Part shown: positions 18,807-28,608 of the stretch, in pieces | Layout: the number at the start of each line of letters is the position of its first letter | Numbering within the stretch: the stretch's first letter is position 1 | Position numbers and translations under genes: made by a program | Notes under the pieces: generated by a model | Seen by the model: only the letters and a program-made list of their open reading frames with translations | Told to the model about the DNA's origin: nothing | Databases searched by the model: none | Assembly: GCA_034667465.1 (NCBI GenBank) | Contig: JAXDJV010000010.1 | Location: forward strand, 6,874 to 70,873 | DNA from: Acidobacteriota bacterium | GTDB taxonomy: Bacteria; Acidobacteriota; Thermoanaerobaculia; Gp7-AA8 | Length of the DNA stretch: 64,000 nt | Direction: 5' to 3'

Positions 18807-19223
18807 ATGCGTATGAAGTCGAAATCGTCGATTACCACTAAGTCCCGACGAGCGTCGTCCGGCAAATTGCCACCAGTTCATCCGGGAGAAGTTCTCCTCG
18901 AAGAGTTTTTGAAGCCGATGGGCATCTCGCAATATCGACTGGCAAAGGACATCAGCGTTCCGCCGCGTCGCGTGAACGAAATCGTGCTGAAGAAGCGCGG
19001 CGTCACGGCCGATACCGCCTTGCGGCTCGGCCGCCATTTCGGAACATCAGAGCAGTTCTGGCTCAATCTCCAGGGCGAGTACGATCTCGACGTGGAGCGA
19101 GATCGCCTTGGCGAGAGGCTTGTCGCTGAAGTAGCGCAGTTCGGATCACGCGATCGCGACATCCGCGTCTCGGAACCGGAAGCTCCACCAGTGCGGCGCA
19201 GGATTTCCGCGATGCGTCGCTGA
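18807..19223 (+). CDS. higA: HigA/VapI family addiction-module antitoxin (XRE HTH)
   Basis: PVHPGEVLLEEFLKPMGISQYRLAK...RRVNEIV..KRGVTADTALRL.RHFGTSEQFWLNLQ..YDL. Confidence 0.92.
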   Translation: MRMKSKSSITTKSRRASSGKLPPVHPGEVLLEEFLKPMGISQYRLAKDISVPPRRVNEIVLKKRGVTADTALRLGRHFGTSEQFWLNLQGEYDLDVERDRLGERLVAEVAQFGSRDRDIRVSEPEAPPVRRRISAMRR

Positions 19224-19227
19224 TCAC

Positions 19228-19647
19228 TCAGCACTCACTCGTGGTCGAGTTCTCCACGATCCAACAGCCGTTCTCGCGCACCATGACGATCGCATAGCGC
19301 GTTCCGCACGCGAGTCGGACAAATCCTCGCGGTATGCGCGGGACCGGACCTTTCGTCGCCTCGATCCGGATCCGATCGCTGCTCTGTTCCCATCCTGTAA
19401 TCAGAAGATAGTCATCCGGAAGATCGAGTCCCGGTACGGCGGAAACATCGCGTTGCGAAATCGCGTGCAGCTCTCGGCGCACCTGGCGCGGTAATTCGTC
19501 ACGGACGACGATCGTCGCCGCGCCGCTGACCTTCTGCAACGCTCCGCGAATTGTTTGTGAGTAATCGCACGATGGCGCCGCCGAGCTGCAGCGGAGCGCG
19601 AGGACGACGACGATCAAGCACACGGGGCGTATCCTGTGGCGACGCAC
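19228..19647 (-). CDS. Hypothetical secreted protein
   Basis: 139-aa ORF with signal-like N-terminus that fills the gap between higA and the RDD gene; start uncertain. Confidence 0.5.
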   Translation of the reverse strand: MRRHRIRPVCLIVVVLALRCSSAAPSCDYSQTIRGALQKVSGAATIVVRDELPRQVRRELHAISQRDVSAVPGLDLPDDYLLITGWEQSSDRIRIEATKGPVPRIPRGFVRLACGTRYAIVMVRENGCWIVENSTTSEC

Positions 19648-20142
19648 CTCCTCAGCATAATGCCGGACATCACAATGAAGACCCCCTGTGAACTGGCGGC
19701 GATGTATCGCTCGAAGATCGTCGCGCGGCGCTGGCTTGCGACGATGGCCGACATGCTCGTGCTCCTCGTCATCTGCGGAGGGATCGGCGCCGCCACCGAT
19801 CCGCGATCGACCGCGCTCTCCATCACGCTTTTCTTCGGCGTTCCGGCCGTCTATTACATCGTTTGTGAAACAGTGTTTGGACGGACGCTCGGCAAACTGG
19901 TCACCGGGTTGATCGTCATCAATGCGCGGGGAACTCGACCGTCCGTCGGAGAGGCAGTGATCCGTACGCTGACGAGGTTCATCGAGGTCAATCCGGTCCT
20001 GTTCGGCGGTCTGCCGGCCGGCATCATCGCGGACAGAAGCAGGTGTCGCCAGCGCATCGGCGACATGCTCGCCGGAACCTATGTCGTCTTTGCGAAGGAC
20101 CTTGCGCTGATGTCGGCGGAGAACCGCTCGGAATCGGTGTGA
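19636..20142 (+). CDS. RDD family membrane protein
   Basis: RRWLATMAD, GRTLGKLVTGL.V, IRTLTR, QRIGDMLAGTYVV; true start may be a downstream ATG. Confidence 0.88.
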   Translation: MATHLLSIMPDITMKTPCELAAMYRSKIVARRWLATMADMLVLLVICGGIGAATDPRSTALSITLFFGVPAVYYIVCETVFGRTLGKLVTGLIVINARGTRPSVGEAVIRTLTRFIEVNPVLFGGLPAGIIADRSRCRQRIGDMLAGTYVVFAKDLALMSAENRSESV

Positions 20143-20155
20143 TACCGTCCCGTCG

Positions 20156-21454
20156 ATGGTGGAATCGGTTCAGTACGACTACGACTTTGCGGTTGCCGGC
20201 GGCGGCCCTGCCGGCTGTTCGGCGGCGATCTCGCTCGCGCAGCGCGGTCACTCCGTTGTCCTCTTCGAGCGCGAAACGGGTCCGCGCTTTCATATCGGCG
20301 AGTCCTTGCTGTCGACGGCCAACGATGCGTTCGATGCGCTCGGCGTCACCGAGCGGATGGATGCGGCCTGTTTCCCCGACAAGTGGGGAGCGCGGCTCTT
20401 TACGCATGATGGCCGCAGCGGACGCGGAGTCGACTTCGCCGACGTCCGCGAGGTGACGCGGCCGAAGACGTTTCAGGTTTGCCGCGAGGAGTTCGACCGC
20501 ATTCTGATGGAGCGGGCGCGCGAGCTCGGCGTCGAAATTCGTGAAGGGCATCGCGTCAATGGCTGCTCGTTTTCGGCTGAAGACGCCGTCCTCGATTTCG
20601 CATCCGTCGCCGAGGGCGGGCCGACCGGTCGCGTGCGTGTTCGTGCGCTCGTCGATGCGACGGGGCGCAATGGTCTGATCGCGCGGAAATTCAATCTGCG
20701 CACTGACGAACCGCTCCTTGCGAACATCGCGGTTTTCTCGCACTTCAAGAACGTTCCGCGGCTGCCGGATGATCGTCCGGATGACATTCGACTCGTCGCG
20801 CGCGAGGACGCCGGCTGGTTCTGGATCATTCCGATCTCGAAAGAGCTGACCAGCGTCGGTGTCGTGCTGCCGAAAAAACTCTACGCGCAGATGGCCGGCG
20901 GTTCTTCCGAGGATTTGCTGCAACGTGCGATCGGCGATACGCCGGTCGTTGCGGAGCTGATGCGCGATGCGCAGCGCGAGTGGCCGGTGCGCGTCGAGAA
21001 AGACTTCTCATACAGCGCTTCCACCTATGCGGGCGATCGCTGGATCCTCGCCGGCGACGCCGGTTCGTTTCTCGATCCGGTTTTTTCCACCGGCGTCTCG
21101 ATCGCGATGGAGTCGGGAATCGAGGCGGCGGCGGAGCTCGACCGCGCGCTGAAGCAGAACGATTTTTCGGCCCGTTCGTTTGCGGCGTTCTCGCGTCGCC
21201 AGCGCAAGCGCTTCAGGACGTTCCGCCGTTTCGTCGTCGGTTTTTACACGCCGCAATTCCGCGATCTCTTTTTCGATCCGAACCCGCCGATGCTTTTGTT
21301 TCGCGCGGTCATCACGGTCCTCGCCGGCAAGTGGGATTCGAGTTTGCGCACCCGCTTTTTCAACAACGTCTTCTTCGGACTGGTGGCGTTTCAGAAGCGC
21401 TTCAGGATGTTCAGTCCCGCATTCCGCCGCGATCGCGACGCAGGATATCCGTGA
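20156..21454 (+). CDS. Flavin-dependent halogenase-like oxidoreductase
   Basis: GGGPAG FAD motif, RFHIGESL, FPDKWG, GWFWIIP (WxWxIP), GDAGSFLDPVFSTG. Confidence 0.8.
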   Translation: MVESVQYDYDFAVAGGGPAGCSAAISLAQRGHSVVLFERETGPRFHIGESLLSTANDAFDALGVTERMDAACFPDKWGARLFTHDGRSGRGVDFADVREVTRPKTFQVCREEFDRILMERARELGVEIREGHRVNGCSFSAEDAVLDFASVAEGGPTGRVRVRALVDATGRNGLIARKFNLRTDEPLLANIAVFSHFKNVPRLPDDRPDDIRLVAREDAGWFWIIPISKELTSVGVVLPKKLYAQMAGGSSEDLLQRAIGDTPVVAELMRDAQREWPVRVEKDFSYSASTYAGDRWILAGDAGSFLDPVFSTGVSIAMESGIEAAAELDRALKQNDFSARSFAAFSRRQRKRFRTFRRFVVGFYTPQFRDLFFDPNPPMLLFRAVITVLAGKWDSSLRTRFFNNVFFGLVAFQKRFRMFSPAFRRDRDAGYP

Positions 21455-21900
21455 AGCGTTCCGCGGCGGCGTTGCTGGTCGGCGCGTTCGTCGTTGGCAC
21501 CCTCGACCTGCTATTCGCGATCGGATTCTGGCTGCCGAAAGGCGTCGCGCCGATCCGAATTCTGCAGAGCATCGCCGCCGGCGTCCTCGGACGCGCATCC
21601 TTCACCGGCGGCAAGCAGACCGCGGTTCTGGGCGGCCTGCTGCACTACTTCATCGCGTTCGTAATCGTCCTTGTCTACTGGCTCTCCGCAAAGCGGATTG
21701 AGATTCTGCAGCGCAAGCCCATTCTCCTCGGCGCGTTGTACGGAATCGGCGTTTATCTCTTCATGAACTACGTCGTCATTCCGCTGTCGGCGGCGAAGCC
21801 GTCTCGCTTCAACCTCGTGTGGGTTGTCGCCAGCGTGATCGTTCATATGTTTCTGATCGGCGTGCCGGCCGCGATCGCGGCTCGCAAAGCGTTGCGCTGA
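21451..21900 (+). CDS. Four-TM membrane protein
   Basis: C-terminal 149 aa of track ORF 20980..21900 from GTG 21451, overlapping the halogenase stop; hydrophobic helices, LHYFIA and HMFLIG motifs. Confidence 0.75.
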   Translation: MKRSAAALLVGAFVVGTLDLLFAIGFWLPKGVAPIRILQSIAAGVLGRASFTGGKQTAVLGGLLHYFIAFVIVLVYWLSAKRIEILQRKPILLGALYGIGVYLFMNYVVIPLSAAKPSRFNLVWVVASVIVHMFLIGVPAAIAARKALR

Positions 21901-21908
21901 AAACAATC

Positions 21909-21932
21909 GCGGCGGCCGTTTCCGGCCGCCGC
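21909..21932. terminator. GC-rich hairpin between convergent genes (probable terminator)
   Basis: GCGGCGGCCG-TTTC-CGGCCGCCGC, a perfect 10-bp stem. Confidence 0.65.
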
Positions 21933-21955
21933 AACGTTGATTCACTGCTGTTCGA

Positions 21956-24900
21956 TCAGTGCGCGGGAGGAGTGGTGTTCGGTTTCTTCCCCTGCTCGAT
22001 CGGTTTCGGGGCGCTGAGTTTCGTCGGCGCCTGTTCATCCTTCGGCTTGTCTTCACCGATGTGCTGACGCGGCGACGAGACGAAGCGGCCGCTCTCACCC
22101 TGTACTTCAGGCTGCGGTGTTTGCGGCTGGCCGAGCAGAATGACGTTCTCCACCGGATGCGTGGCGATGCCGCCATTCGGAGAGATCGCGGTCACGACGC
22201 GCGGATCGTTCGTCGTGATGCCGCTGCTCGTGGTGCTGAAACTCCAGAGACCGTTTTCGCCGACCTTCACATCGGCCGACAGCTGCGTGCCGTTGCCCGG
22301 CGTGCCGGGCTGGCTGAGGAACAGCGACACGGTCGCGGCGCGGTTCCCGTTTTTCGGATTTGCGGCGCGATCGACGTAGACGGTCGTCGAGCCGAAGACG
22401 GTCAGCTCGCCGTTGCTGAACTGCGAGCCGGCGATGCGCACCGCATCCGATCCCGATTTCTCCGTGACGCGGAGGACGCCCCAGAGCCCGAGCTCGAGGA
22501 AGTTCGCCGGAGTCGTGCGCCAGAGATAGTCGCCTGCGACCGGCCAGACGTTCTTCGACATGTCGCCGCCACCGGCGCTCGGCAGATCGATCTCGTACGC
22601 CATGTTGGTGCCGAAGTTGTCGCGCGCGCCGAGGTTTTGAGAGTCGACGTTGTTGCCAATGGAACCGGAGGCGTTTGCGGCGGTGCCGGTGTACGGCAGT
22701 TCCTGCCACACGTGTCCGTGCAGCGCGAGCACCTGCTGATCGCCGGCGCCGCCGGGATGGAGCAGACGCATGCGCGCCGGCGTTCCCGCAGCCGCGGCGA
22801 AGATCGGCGTCTGCGGTTCGGCGAGCACGAGTCCGTCCGAATAGCCCTGCCAGATGTCGGTGCGACCGACGAACGTCGACGTCGCGGCGTTGAAGCGATA
22901 CGCCATCGGCTCGGTGCGGAAGTTGACGGCGACGCGCGTCGAGCCCGCGGGTGAAGTCACGGTCGTGCCGGCGGGCGGCGTCCAGGTTGCACCCGGCCAC
23001 GTCACGCTGGCGAGATCGTCCTGCGTCAGCAGCACGAATTCGCGGTAGCGCAGTCCGACCGGATTCGTGCAATCGCCGCCGTTGTAAATCGTCGCGGAAC
23101 CGTACTGCAGCATGTTGTTGCGCGGGTTGAAGATGTCGGGACAGGCGATGGTGTTCGCCGGCTCGACGACAAGACCGCCGACGAGACCGTGCAGATCCTG
23201 CTCGAGCGGATCCGACGGCGTCAGATTCACGCCGCCCAGCTCGATCGGTCTTCCCGTCACCGCGCCACCCGACGAAATCTTCGTCTGTCCGGCGTACCAG
23301 TAGAGCGTCTTCTCGCCGCCGATCGGCACTGTCTGATCGGGATTGAATCCGACGTTCATGCCTGTGCTGCGCATCGCATCGAACGACAGCAGCGCCGGCG
23401 TCAGGCTGGCCTGCTTCGACGGCAGCAGCTTAATGGTCGGCGCGAACGCCGCGGTCGATCCGCCCTCCGTGAACTGCGGCGCGGTTGGATCGAAACCGTT
23501 CGCGATCGTCAGCGCGATGCAGTCGCCGGCGTTCGCGCGCATGATCAGCGGCTCGGTCGTCGACGTGTTGTCAGACAGCGTGAACATCATCGGCTGATTG
23601 TTCGTGATGGTGTTGTTGAAGCGGCCGCCTGCGCCTGCGCCGCGGCTGTTCATGTTGAACGGAGACGGCGTCGACGAAACGACGCGGAACCGTTTGACCT
23701 GCGACGGCGAGACCGGCGGGCAGCTGTAGCCCCATTCGGCGGTGGCCGGCGGCAGCGCAGTGACGTTACGGTTCGTGCTGAGCTCCACGAGATTCGCGAG
23801 CTTCGATTTGTACGCGCGGAAGATGCCCCACGTACCGTCGACGATGCCGTGTTTCTGGTTCGACGCATCCGGCTGGTAGAGGTAGTCGGTCCAGTTGTGC
23901 GCGGCGTCGGCCGACGGGCTGGCGCGCGGCGTCTCGAAGATGAACTCGAAGTGTTCCGAGATGCCCATCGACTGCGAGCTGCGGAATCCCGACTGATCCC
24001 ACGACGGCTCGAAGAGCCACTTCATGCCGCCGACCGTGAATGCGTGCGGCAGCATGTGCGCGCCGGCGACGATGCGAACCTGCACGCGATCGCCTTCATA
24101 CGCGCGGAGCAGCGGCGTGTACGGATCGCCCGGCTGCATCCCTTCGGTGAGCGGTTTGCGCGGCCAGATGAAGCCGCCCGGTTTGGTCGGATTGATTTCG
24201 CCGCCGAGCGGCGGCTGGCTGTTCATCTGCGGATCGTTGCGGGTGATGTTCGATGCGAAGACGTACGAAAGATCGGTCGTCTTCGGATCGCTGGCGGAGG
24301 TGCCGGGCGAGACGCGCCAGGGGAGCGGCTCGTTGCGATAGTTGAATGACGTCGTTCCCTGCGTCGGACCGGCGCTGATGATCTGCGGCTGCGGCATCGG
24401 CCCGAGGTCGGTCTGCTGCGGAACCGGATCGATGACGTTCGACGGATCGGACCAGCCGACGTTCGGGTCGCTGCTCGCTTTCTTTTTGCTGGTGGCGCGA
24501 TACGCGAACTGGAAGTCCTGCATCGCCAGCGCGAATTCGCGATAGGTATTCAGCTCCTGTCCGGGAGTTTCGATGACCGCGTTCCAGGTGGTCGGGCCAC
24601 CGTCGTCGCGCGAGTGAAGCGGATCGCCGCTCTCGCCCTTCGACCACGTGCTGCCGGTCGGTTCGACGAGCAGCGCTGCGTAGAGGCCGGTCTGCTGATG
24701 CGTCGACGGACCGAAGTGATCGTGCGTGAAGACGGTGCGAAGCGTGCGCGTGCCGTTGATGTTCTCGTGCGGAATCGGATCGGCGAACCAGCGCTGTATG
24801 GTCGTCTGCGCTCCGGCCCATTCTTCTTTGCAATGTTTCGTGCGCGCCGGATCGGTCGATTCGCAGATTTCCTTCGGCGGCGCGGCCGGGTTGCGCTTCA

Positions 24901-27721
24901 CGCGTTTGGTGTTGTTGGTGTTGCACTTCTTCAGATCGTTCGCGGTCAGCGCGAGGCCGCCGCACTGGTTGATGCCTTTGAGCAGATCCTGCACTTCCTC
25001 GTAGCTGAGCGTGCCGTCCTCGTAGTTGTAGCCGTTCGCGGCGCCGTCCGATGACGTCACGTCGAACTTCACGAGGTGGATGTGTTGGCCGATGATGTCG
25101 GTCGGCGTGCGTACTTCGTAGTCATCGAGCAGGAAGTAGTTCGGCACGAGGTTGGTGTGCCAGAACTCGACGCCCTGTCCGGCGTTCGCGCGGATGAAGA
25201 ACGGCTGCGGCGGCACGTCGGAGTACGCGGTCGGCAGCACGTCGCGCCACAGCGTGATCAGTCGCGCCTGCGGGTAATGCCACCCCTTCTTGTTGAAGAC
25301 GAAGTCGGTCTGGATCACCGCCGCTTTGTATTTGATCCAGTCCGTGTCCCTGATCGGCCGGCACTGCAGATCGCCGGCCGGCGGATTGTTCTCGTCGTAC
25401 GGTATGAGTCCCGGATTCGCGTACGGTGCGCCGGAGATTCGCGTCAGGCCGTTCGTCCGATACGGACTCGCGCTCCCTTCCGGCGTGAACGACGGATGGA
25501 AACATTTCTCGTGGTAGGTCATCGCCACTTTTTCTTCCGCGGTGCCGTCTTCCGGCAGCTCGTAGGCGTTGACCTTGTCCATGTCCTTGCTGAAGTTCAG
25601 CGTGGTGTGCTGCTCGTTGTAGATGTTCGCGTTGATGATGAGATGCCGCGGCAGGCCGCCGTCGTACGGCTTGTTGGCGGCGTCGGTCGCGAAGTCGAGC
25701 GGCGGATGCGGCGCGCGAACGCCGGCCACGCCGGGGATGAAGAACGGGAAGCCGGGGTTGATCCCTTTGTTCATGTCGCCCGCGTCGACTTCCGCTTTGA
25801 AGCCGACCGGCTTCACGCCCGGGGTGCCGTTCGGATCGTTCACCGGGACGAGCTTGACGGCGGCCGGCATCGGCGGCATCGCAATCGTCGGCATCGGAAT
25901 CAGCGCCGGAATCGGAGTGCCGTCGGCGATCTCGCCGTCGGGCAGAGCGCGCGTTTTGTAGCGCGCCAGTTTGTCGAATCCGGTGCTCGCATACGGCGAG
26001 CCGACTTCGTACACGTCATGCGAACGCCAGAGCGCCCACATGCCGGCCGCGAAGTGCGGATAGAAGTGGCAGTGGAAGATCGAATCGCCGACGACCTTGT
26101 TGCGATTGCCGCCGCCGTTGAATGCGATCTCCAGCGTGTACGCGCTGCCGGGATTGATCAGCTGACTGTCGAGATACGCCGAGCCGTCGCTGTTCGGCGA
26201 ATGCACCCACTGATGCGCGTGCAGATGATGAACGTGCGAAACGCCGGTGCCCGAATGGAGGATTCGGAACTTCACCCGGTCGTTGATGTAGCTGTGATAG
26301 ACGTTCGACGGGTCGTCATCGAAGAGCGCCTTGTGGGCTTTGCGCACCGGAATGACGCCGGTCGGCGCATTGCCGGCCACGCCTTCCTTGCACGGTACCG
26401 ACGGAACGCCGCTGATCGTGACGGCGGTCTGGTTTTCGAAGCCGTCGCCGCATGGCACGTTCGCCGGCACATCGACGAGCATGGCCGGATCGCCGCTCGA
26501 CCACGCGCTCAGGAAGAATTCTTCGAAGCGGCAGTCGGGGCAGCTGCCCATCGGTCCGATGCCGAAACGATTCGCGAGAATCTCCGCACCGATGCCTCCG
26601 GTGCCGTAGTTGATCGCGAACGCGTCGCCTGCCGCGCTCAGCGTGTTCGCGATGCCGGCCGGCGCGCCCATGATCGGGAAAGCCTGCACGGCGTCGTTCA
26701 GCTCGTGATACTCGATCGTGAATTCGCGATACGGATCGAGACGATTCGGTTCGATGTTGATCTTCTGCAGGTTCGGATCGCTCGTGCCGGCCGGGAAGCG
26801 GCCGTGATGCGGTCCGGTGATGACCGCGGTCAGATCGGTATGAACGATCTCGTTGCGATTGTCGAGCATTGCCAGGACCGGCGTGCCGGCCATCGGATTT
26901 CCCGGAGGATAGACGGCGTCGTATTTGATGAACGGCTGGCCGATCGGACTGAAGCCGCCGCCCTGCGTCGTGTCGATCGCGAACTCGAGATCGGAGTGCG
27001 TGACCTGGCTGCGATACCACTCGGCGCCGCGCGGCTGCACGTTGACCGCGCCGAAGAGTCCGGCCGTCTGTTGCGCGCCGTCGTTCGGCTGGTTCTGGCC
27101 GCCGAACGCTGCGCCTTCGCTGTTGAGCAGGAAGGTTCCTTCTTCGGTCGCGCGCAGCGTGTACGTGATCGATTTCGTATCGTCGGGCGGAATCGTCGAG
27201 TTGGCGTTCGCGCCGACGAACGAGCCGTCGTCGAGAATCGTGTTCACCATCTGCATGCCGGCGACATGGACCGATGCGTAGCGCGTTGCCGGCTGCGTCG
27301 CCACCGGCGCATCCGCGAGCAGGTTGCGGAAGGTGATGGCGAGACAGTCGCCGACGTTCGCGCGCAGCACGATCGGGCGCGGACGTTTGCCGTAGCGCAG
27401 CATCACGTTGCCGTGCGTCAGCGTCGTTCCGGTTCCGCTCTTCGGCACGACGTCGCGTTCGAGCGCGAACACCATTCCTTCGGGCATCGCAGCGCCGAGG
27501 CGGTTCACGAGATACGGCTGATCGAGTGCGACGACTTTCGCGGTGATCGTCCGTTCGCATCCGGTGTTGCCGGCCATCGGAGCCGGTTCCGGCGCCGGCA
27601 TCGGCGCGGGCTGCGGAGCCGGTGCGGGCTGTGGTGCGGGCGGCGCGCCGTACGACGTGCACGAGGCGAACAGGAGTCCGAGGATCAGGGCGAACAGACC
27701 ACGGACACGAAGTGCTGGCAT
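21956..27721 (-). CDS. Very large multicopper oxidase lipoprotein, MnxG/McoA-like (putative Mn(II) oxidase)
   Basis: Copper-ligand motifs HVHHLHAHQW, HCHFYPHFAAGM, HTNL, HIHLVKFD, HDHFGPSTHQQ, HGHVW; lipobox LFASC. Start placed at ATG 27721 (GGAGG upstream). Confidence 0.82.
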   Translation of the reverse strand: MPALRVRGLFALILGLLFASCTSYGAPPAPQPAPAPQPAPMPAPEPAPMAGNTGCERTITAKVVALDQPYLVNRLGAAMPEGMVFALERDVVPKSGTGTTLTHGNVMLRYGKRPRPIVLRANVGDCLAITFRNLLADAPVATQPATRYASVHVAGMQMVNTILDDGSFVGANANSTIPPDDTKSITYTLRATEEGTFLLNSEGAAFGGQNQPNDGAQQTAGLFGAVNVQPRGAEWYRSQVTHSDLEFAIDTTQGGGFSPIGQPFIKYDAVYPPGNPMAGTPVLAMLDNRNEIVHTDLTAVITGPHHGRFPAGTSDPNLQKINIEPNRLDPYREFTIEYHELNDAVQAFPIMGAPAGIANTLSAAGDAFAINYGTGGIGAEILANRFGIGPMGSCPDCRFEEFFLSAWSSGDPAMLVDVPANVPCGDGFENQTAVTISGVPSVPCKEGVAGNAPTGVIPVRKAHKALFDDDPSNVYHSYINDRVKFRILHSGTGVSHVHHLHAHQWVHSPNSDGSAYLDSQLINPGSAYTLEIAFNGGGNRNKVVGDSIFHCHFYPHFAAGMWALWRSHDVYEVGSPYASTGFDKLARYKTRALPDGEIADGTPIPALIPMPTIAMPPMPAAVKLVPVNDPNGTPGVKPVGFKAEVDAGDMNKGINPGFPFFIPGVAGVRAPHPPLDFATDAANKPYDGGLPRHLIINANIYNEQHTTLNFSKDMDKVNAYELPEDGTAEEKVAMTYHEKCFHPSFTPEGSASPYRTNGLTRISGAPYANPGLIPYDENNPPAGDLQCRPIRDTDWIKYKAAVIQTDFVFNKKGWHYPQARLITLWRDVLPTAYSDVPPQPFFIRANAGQGVEFWHTNLVPNYFLLDDYEVRTPTDIIGQHIHLVKFDVTSSDGAANGYNYEDGTLSYEEVQDLLKGINQCGGLALTANDLKKCNTNNTKRVKRNPAAPPKEICESTDPARTKHCKEEWAGAQTTIQRWFADPIPHENINGTRTLRTVFTHDHFGPSTHQQTGLYAALLVEPTGSTWSKGESGDPLHSRDDGGPTTWNAVIETPGQELNTYREFALAMQDFQFAYRATSKKKASSDPNVGWSDPSNVIDPVPQQTDLGPMPQPQIISAGPTQGTTSFNYRNEPLPWRVSPGTSASDPKTTDLSYVFASNITRNDPQMNSQPPLGGEINPTKPGGFIWPRKPLTEGMQPGDPYTPLLRAYEGDRVQVRIVAGAHMLPHAFTVGGMKWLFEPSWDQSGFRSSQSMGISEHFEFIFETPRASPSADAAHNWTDYLYQPDASNQKHGIVDGTWGIFRAYKSKLANLVELSTNRNVTALPPATAEWGYSCPPVSPSQVKRFRVVSSTPSPFNMNSRGAGAGGRFNNTITNNQPMMFTLSDNTSTTEPLIMRANAGDCIALTIANGFDPTAPQFTEGGSTAAFAPTIKLLPSKQASLTPALLSFDAMRSTGMNVGFNPDQTVPIGGEKTLYWYAGQTKISSGGAVTGRPIELGGVNLTPSDPLEQDLHGLVGGLVVEPANTIACPDIFNPRNNMLQYGSATIYNGGDCTNPVGLRYREFVLLTQDDLASVTWPGATWTPPAGTTVTSPAGSTRVAVNFRTEPMAYRFNAATSTFVGRTDIWQGYSDGLVLAEPQTPIFAAAAGTPARMRLLHPGGAGDQQVLALHGHVWQELPYTGTAANASGSIGNNVDSQNLGARDNFGTNMAYEIDLPSAGGGDMSKNVWPVAGDYLWRTTPANFLELGLWGVLRVTEKSGSDAVRIAGSQFSNGELTVFGSTTVYVDRAANPKNGNRAATVSLFLSQPGTPGNGTQLSADVKVGENGLWSFSTTSSGITTNDPRVVTAISPNGGIATHPVENVILLGQPQTPQPEVQGESGRFVSSPRQHIGEDKPKDEQAPTKLSAPKPIEQGKKPNTTPPAH

Positions 27722-27744
27722 GCGGGATTCCTCCATCTGACTAA

Positions 27745-27805
27745 AAGACGCGTTTCCGTCCCCTTTCGTGAAGGGATTTCACGAGGGGCGAGGGGAGCGC
27801 GTCTT
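27745..27805. promoter_or_regulatory. Nested inverted repeat in the divergent intergenic region (candidate operator or hairpin)
   Basis: AAGACGCG (27745-27752)/CGCGTCTT (27798-27805) enclosing TCGTGAA-N5-TTCACGA (27766-27784). Confidence 0.4.
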
Positions 27806-27817
27806 CCCGTACAGAGC

Positions 27818-28597
27818 ATGCTGAAGGTCGTCATCAACTGCGGCCGTTGTGAGGCGTTCATCGGCGACTGCCTTGCCTCCGTCCGGCGGCAGAGTTACGG
27901 CGCGTGGCAGGCGCTGGTGACGGTCGATCGCCGCGGCGACAAAACGTACGAGCGCGCACTTGAAGCGAGCGGCGGCGACGAGCGTTTCGTGATCGTGCAA
28001 AACGCGCGGCGCCGTTATCCGATGCGCAACATCGTCAGCGCGATCGAACGGAGCGGCGCCGAGGCGGAAGACATCATCGTCATCCTCGATGGCGACGACT
28101 GGCTGATCGATGACGACGCGTTCGCGCGCATCGCCGCCGCCTACGAGGAGACCGGCTGCTGGATGACGTACGGCAGCTGGATCAGCAATCAGCCCGGACA
28201 TCCGGGGCGCTGGCCGGCGTATCGGGATGACGTCGCCGACTTTCGCGGCGAGCGCTGGCTCGGCACCGCCATTCGTACGTGGAAGAAGTGGCTGTGGGAT
28301 CTCATCGATCCGAATGATTTTCGCGACGAGCGCGGACGCTGGCTGCGGATCACCGAGGATCTCGCCTGCATGTTTCCGATGTTCGAGATGGCGACGACGC
28401 GGCGCGCGCATCACATCGCCGAGCCGCTCATGCTCTACAACCGGCTGAGCCATCACGATCCGAAGCGGCGCATGGCCGAGGAGGGGATTCGCAACGCGGC
28501 GTGGCTGCGGACGCGGCCTCGTTACGCGCCGCTGACATTCACAAAAGAGGCTGTCGAATCGTCTTTGCAGACGACAGAAGCGCGTTTCCCGGCATAA
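27818..28597 (+). CDS. Glycosyltransferase family 2
   Basis: C-terminal part of track ORF 25076..28597 from ATG 27818; FIGDCLASVRRQSY, VILDGDDWL, ED, LMLY. Confidence 0.85.
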   Translation: MLKVVINCGRCEAFIGDCLASVRRQSYGAWQALVTVDRRGDKTYERALEASGGDERFVIVQNARRRYPMRNIVSAIERSGAEAEDIIVILDGDDWLIDDDAFARIAAAYEETGCWMTYGSWISNQPGHPGRWPAYRDDVADFRGERWLGTAIRTWKKWLWDLIDPNDFRDERGRWLRITEDLACMFPMFEMATTRRAHHIAEPLMLYNRLSHHDPKRRMAEEGIRNAAWLRTRPRYAPLTFTKEAVESSLQTTEARFPA

Positions 28598-28608
28598 GGA
28601 GGTAAGTC

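Noticed and set aside
25076-27817. First ~914 codons of the 1173-aa plus-strand ORF
   Set aside because: Antisense shadow of the multicopper oxidase. Only the part from ATG 27818 has GT2 motifs.
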